A DNA stretch of 64,000 bases from an uncultured delta proteobacterium (GTDB taxonomy: Bacteria > Desulfobacterota > Binatia > JACPRU01): assembly GCA_963745025.1 (NCBI GenBank), contig CAVUWD010000002.1:128001-192000 (forward strand), in the 5' to 3' direction. Each line of letters starts with the position of its first letter. The first letter of the stretch is position 1. Shown here in pieces: positions 60,521 to 64,000 of the stretch. The notes beneath the pieces were generated by a model. The model made no database searches, was not told the DNA's origin, and was given only the letters and a program-made list of their open reading frames with translations. The position numbers and the translations under genes are program-made.

Positions 60521-61311
60521 AGCTCCTTCGAAAGCGGGCTCCGGTGGGGGGCCGAAGGTCCGCGAGGGTGCGCCTCGATCGTCGCACGTGGGCCACAGAT
60601 CGGACAGCGGGCGGAACGACGCAGTGGCACCTCGCGCATGCGAAGCGTGCGAGCGTCGATCGTGATCAGGCGATCCGCGGCAAGGTCGCCCGCGCCGCGC
60701 AGGTATTTGACGGCTTCACGACCCTCGAGCGCGCCAATCATGCCGGCGAGCGGACCGAGGATGCCGGCTTGCTGGCAGGAGGTGATCTCGTCCTCCGTAG
60801 GGGGCTCCGGGAAGAGGCAGCGAAGGCATGCGCTCTGGCGCGGTAGGATCGTCATCAGCTGACCGCGCAGGCCGACGACCCCCGCGTGGACGAGCGGCTT
60901 CGCGCGCAGGACACAGGCATCGTTCAGCAGGAACTTTGCGGGAGCGTTGTCCGTCGCATCGATCACGAAGTCGTAGCCTCGCAGGATCTCTTCCGCGTTC
61001 GCCGTGGTCAGCCGCTCGGCATGCAGACCGATTTGGAGCGACGGGCGGATGGCGGCGAGCTTCTGCGCGGCGACTTCGGCCTTCGGGCGGCCGATGTCGG
61101 CGGTACCGTGAAGCAGCTGTCTATGCAGGTTCGAGAGTTCCACGCGGTCCCCATCGACGAGGCCGATCCGATCGATTCCGTTGACGACGAGCTCGATCGC
61201 CGCGGCGGTGCCGAGTCCGCCGACGCCGACGACCACGACGGCGCCACGAACCCTTCCGCACTTGTCGCGAAGCCGAGACAAGGGGGTCAAGCTAACATCG
61301 GAAACGGTCAA
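60517..61311 (-). CDS. HesA/MoeB/ThiF adenylyltransferase
   Basis: GVGGLG, DGDRVELSNLHRQ, DATDN, CLRC, CQQAG, CPIC. Confidence 0.9.
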
Positions 61312-62198
61312 TTGCGAGCGGGGCTGTTCGGCGGGCTTTCCGGCGTCGGCACGGTCGCGGCGGTCTGGGCGGGGACCGCAGACGGCTGCGGGGCGACGGC
61401 CATAGACGGCCTGCCGAGGCTCTCCACGAGGGCTGGCAACGGCGGGTCGGGAACGACGATCTTCTTGGCCTTGAGATCGGCGAGCGCGGTTTCGGCCTGA
61501 GCGCGATCGGGGCTCTGGGGGTATTCTGCGATCAGCGCCGCGTAGGCGAGAGCCGACCGGGTGAGGTCACCGCGCTTACGGAAGTACTTGCCGAAGTGAG
61601 CGAGCGCCGCCGCCGCGACGTCGGTGTCGGGATAGTGTTCGAGCAGTCGCCGCAAACGCGCTTCGGCACCGAGCGGATCCGTCCAGATGAGGTAGAACTT
61701 GGCGATCGAGAACTCGTGGTCCGCGAGCACCTCGCGGATTTCCTTGAGCTTGCGTTTTGCCTCCGCTGCATAGGGGCTGTCCGGGTAGCGCGTAAGCACC
61801 GACTGCAGATGGGCCTGCGCGTTCTCTGCGGCCCTCTGGTCGCGATCTTTCTTGCCCATCTGATCCATGTAGGCGAGGGCGGTGTAGTACTCGGTGAGCG
61901 CGATGTTCGGGTTCGTGGGGTGCATCCGCTGGAAATCCTGAAACGACGCGATCGCCTCCGCGTACTGCTTGTGCAGATACTGGGCCTGGCCGATCTTCAG
62001 CTGGGCTTCCTCGCTGTGGTCGCTGAACGGATACTCTTCGAGCAGCTTCTGGTAATCCTGGATGGCCAGATCGTAGGCCTCCGCCTTCATCGAGGCGGTC
62101 GCTCTGTCGTGGTACTCCTGCTCGCTCAAGATCTTTTCGGCAGAACAAGACGCGAGTACGAGCGCGAGAAGCGCCGCCGCCCGCCCGAGGAGAGCCAT
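61308..62198 (-). CDS. bamD: Outer membrane protein assembly lipoprotein BamD
   Basis: Lipobox LASC, YPFS, F.RMHPT, DRDQ, YPDSPYA, LADHE..IAKFY. Confidence 0.88.
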   Translation of the reverse strand: MALLGRAAALLALVLASCSAEKILSEQEYHDRATASMKAEAYDLAIQDYQKLLEEYPFSDHSEEAQLKIGQAQYLHKQYAEAIASFQDFQRMHPTNPNIALTEYYTALAYMDQMGKKDRDQRAAENAQAHLQSVLTRYPDSPYAAEAKRKLKEIREVLADHEFSIAKFYLIWTDPLGAEARLRRLLEHYPDTDVAAAALAHFGKYFRKRGDLTRSALAYAALIAEYPQSPDRAQAETALADLKAKKIVVPDPPLPALVESLGRPSMAVAPQPSAVPAQTAATVPTPESPPNSPARN

Positions 62199-62203
62199 GG
62201 TTC

Positions 62204-62842
62204 TCACCGCGCGAGTAGAACCTGGTCGCGGCTCTCGCCGAGATACCAGTAGCGGAGGTAGAGCAGCGCGCCGAGGTTGTACACGCTGTGGCAGAGGATG
62301 GGCGGGATCAAGCTGCCGGTCAGCTGGTAGAGCAAGCCGAACGCGGCGCCGACGCCGGAGGCCCAGATCACGTAGCTGATGTTCAATGGATGCAGGAGCC
62401 CGAACAGCAGGCTCGCGCCGACGATGCCGATCTCGCCCTGCACCGCACCGCGAAAGAAGATTTCCTCGGAGATCCCGGAGAGTGCCGCCAGCGCCGAGAT
62501 CTCCGCGAGCGTCAGGCTCTTGCCGAACGGCGTGAGAAGGTCGTCCCACACCCCCTTCATCTCGCGCAGCAGGAGCGCGCGCGACGCCCAGGCGGAGGTG
62601 AAGAACGGCAAGGACAGGCACAGGACGGAGGCCGACAGCAGGCCGATCAGCAGATCGCCGGCGGTGGCGCGGAGATGGCCGAGCAAGCCGAGACCACGAA
62701 TCCAGCTCCAGCCGAGCGCCGCCGTCGTGAGGCTGATCGCCAACGTGCCCTCGAGGCGGATGATCCGCGACTGGCGGAACGCTGCGGGCCGGGACTTGTC
62801 TTCCAGGCTGCCGCCGGAGATCAGTGATTGACGGGCGTTCAT
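62204..62842 (-). CDS. CPBP (Abi/CAAX) intramembrane metalloprotease
   Basis: SEEIFFRG, FGLLH, PILCH..YN; start uncertain. Confidence 0.85.
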   Translation of the reverse strand: MNARQSLISGGSLEDKSRPAAFRQSRIIRLEGTLAISLTTAALGWSWIRGLGLLGHLRATAGDLLIGLLSASVLCLSLPFFTSAWASRALLLREMKGVWDDLLTPFGKSLTLAEISALAALSGISEEIFFRGAVQGEIGIVGASLLFGLLHPLNISYVIWASGVGAAFGLLYQLTGSLIPPILCHSVYNLGALLYLRYWYLGESRDQVLLAR

Positions 62843-62928
62843 CGGCGATGTTAGGGGGGTCGAACGACTCCCCGATTCCAACGCGGCTGCATTATTGCCG
62901 CAAAAGCCAAGCGCTCGCAAGAACGGTC

Positions 62929-63040
62929 GGGGACGTTCCTGACCCTCGTAACCTTCGTCGCGTTCCTCGCGTTGGCGAAATCCTGTAAGAAGAGAGGCGC
63001 GACGAAGGCTACGAAGGCTACGAAGGTCAGGAACGTCCCC
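62929..63040. repeat. MITE/REP-like element with 16-bp terminal inverted repeats
   Basis: GGGGACGTTCCTGACC ... GGTCAGGAACGTCCCC; internal ACGAAGG(CT) repeats. Confidence 0.6.
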
Positions 63041-63041
63041 A

Positions 63042-63824
63042 TTGCGCGAGCTTCGTGACATGTGGCGGGACACCCGCATGGTGGTGTTCACGGCGATCTC
63101 GGCGGCGCTCTACGCTTCGATCCTGATCCCGTTCAAGGTGATGCCGATCATTCCGGGCGTGACCGAGTTCCGCCCGGCGAATGCGGTGCCGGTGATCTGC
63201 TCGCTCTTGTTCGGACCGGCGGCGGCGTGGGGAAGCGCGATCGGCAATCTGATCGGCGATCTCTTCGGCGGCATCGGCCCGGGAGACATGTTCGGGTTTG
63301 CGGGAAACTTTTTGTACGGCTTGGTGCCGTATCGTGCGTGGGAAGCGCTTGGCGGCGGAGATCCCACGCCGCGTTCGCTCGGCGAGTGGCTGCGCCTGCT
63401 GTTCGTCGTGCTGCTCGCGGCCGCTGCCTGCGCTCTGGTCGTCGGCTGGGGTCTGAACTTACTCGGCTTCGTGCCGTTCCCCGTGCTTGGAAACGTCGTC
63501 CTCTGGAACAACGTGGTGGCTGCGGGCGTGCTCGGGCCGCTCACGCTCCGCGTGCTCTACCCGCGCGTCAAGTCGAGCGGCTTGCTCTACACGGATCTGA
63601 TCCAGAGCCGCACACGACGTGCGGGCACCCGTCCGTTCGTGCTCGCCGCGGCGAGCGCTCTGACCTTCGGCGGCCACGTCGCGGGAAACCTCATCTACGC
63701 GGGCTACTGGACGCCTCCGTGGGTGCGGCCTTTCGGCATCGTGACGCCGAGCCGCGCCTTCGAAGTCGGGGTCGGTCTCGCTCCGTTCGTCATCGGCGCG
63801 TTCGCTTGCTTCCTCTCCCTGTGA
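63042..63824 (+). CDS. QueT-family ECF transporter S component
   Basis: AALYA, IPGVTEFRPANA.P...LLFGPAAAWG.AIGNLIGD. Confidence 0.75.
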   Translation: MRELRDMWRDTRMVVFTAISAALYASILIPFKVMPIIPGVTEFRPANAVPVICSLLFGPAAAWGSAIGNLIGDLFGGIGPGDMFGFAGNFLYGLVPYRAWEALGGGDPTPRSLGEWLRLLFVVLLAAAACALVVGWGLNLLGFVPFPVLGNVVLWNNVVAAGVLGPLTLRVLYPRVKSSGLLYTDLIQSRTRRAGTRPFVLAAASALTFGGHVAGNLIYAGYWTPPWVRPFGIVTPSRAFEVGVGLAPFVIGAFACFLSL

Positions 63825-64000
63825 GCAACGACGAGGCGCTTGCCTTCGACGGATTCAGCGTCGTGTATTCGGCTCCGCGCGCGGAGGCCCTTCGCGACGT
63901 CCGGTTTCGCGTCGAGCGCGGCGAGATGGTCGCCGTTCTCGGGCCGAGTGGCGCCGGGAAGACGACGCTCCTCAAGTGCGCGAACCGGCTCGTTCCCACT
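63821..64000 (+). CDS. ECF/ABC transporter ATP-binding protein, 3' truncated by window edge
   Basis: ALRDV.F.VERGEMVAVLGPSGAGKTT Walker A; GTGA overlap. Confidence 0.85.
   Translation, partial: MSNDEALAFDGFSVVYSAPRAEALRDVRFRVERGEMVAVLGPSGAGKTTLLKCANRLVPT

Noticed and set aside
62850-63041. preQ1 riboswitch upstream of the QueT-like gene
   Set aside because: No recognisable preQ1 aptamer or A-rich tail; the region is explained by an inverted-repeat element

Overview
High-GC bacterial chromosomal window. The gene content would fit a Deltaproteobacteria/Binatia-like environmental organism, but that is inference. From left to right it holds: (1) a CoA-transferase plus a 2-oxoacid/acetoin-type dehydrogenase E1a/E1b/E2; (2) an aerobic benzoyl-CoA (boxC-boxB) cluster with two thiolases and two internally deleted beta-oxidation genes; (3) a LigD phosphoesterase, P450/EthD, rfbC-rfbD, a QueC-like/pteridine-reductase pair and two B12 radical SAM genes; (4) an ArsM-like methyltransferase whose ORF-track stop is very likely a selenocysteine UGA followed by a SECIS-like hairpin; (5) a PQQ/heme-c alcohol dehydrogenase with the lanthanide-type D-x-D motif; (6) an integrase-less integron cassette array (CALIN, about 46.1-50.6 kb) with two intact toxin-antitoxin pairs and an adjacent HicA remnant, next to tRNA-Pro(GGG); (7) LPS genes, cysC/sat and a sulfur-carrier cluster (ThiF-ThrC-MoaD/CysO-CysM-NIL) whose middle is full of frameshifts, probably sequencing error; (8) bamD, a CPBP protease and the start of a QueT-type ECF transporter. 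Many intergenic gaps contain short gene remnants. All family calls come from motif recognition by eye; no database search was run.
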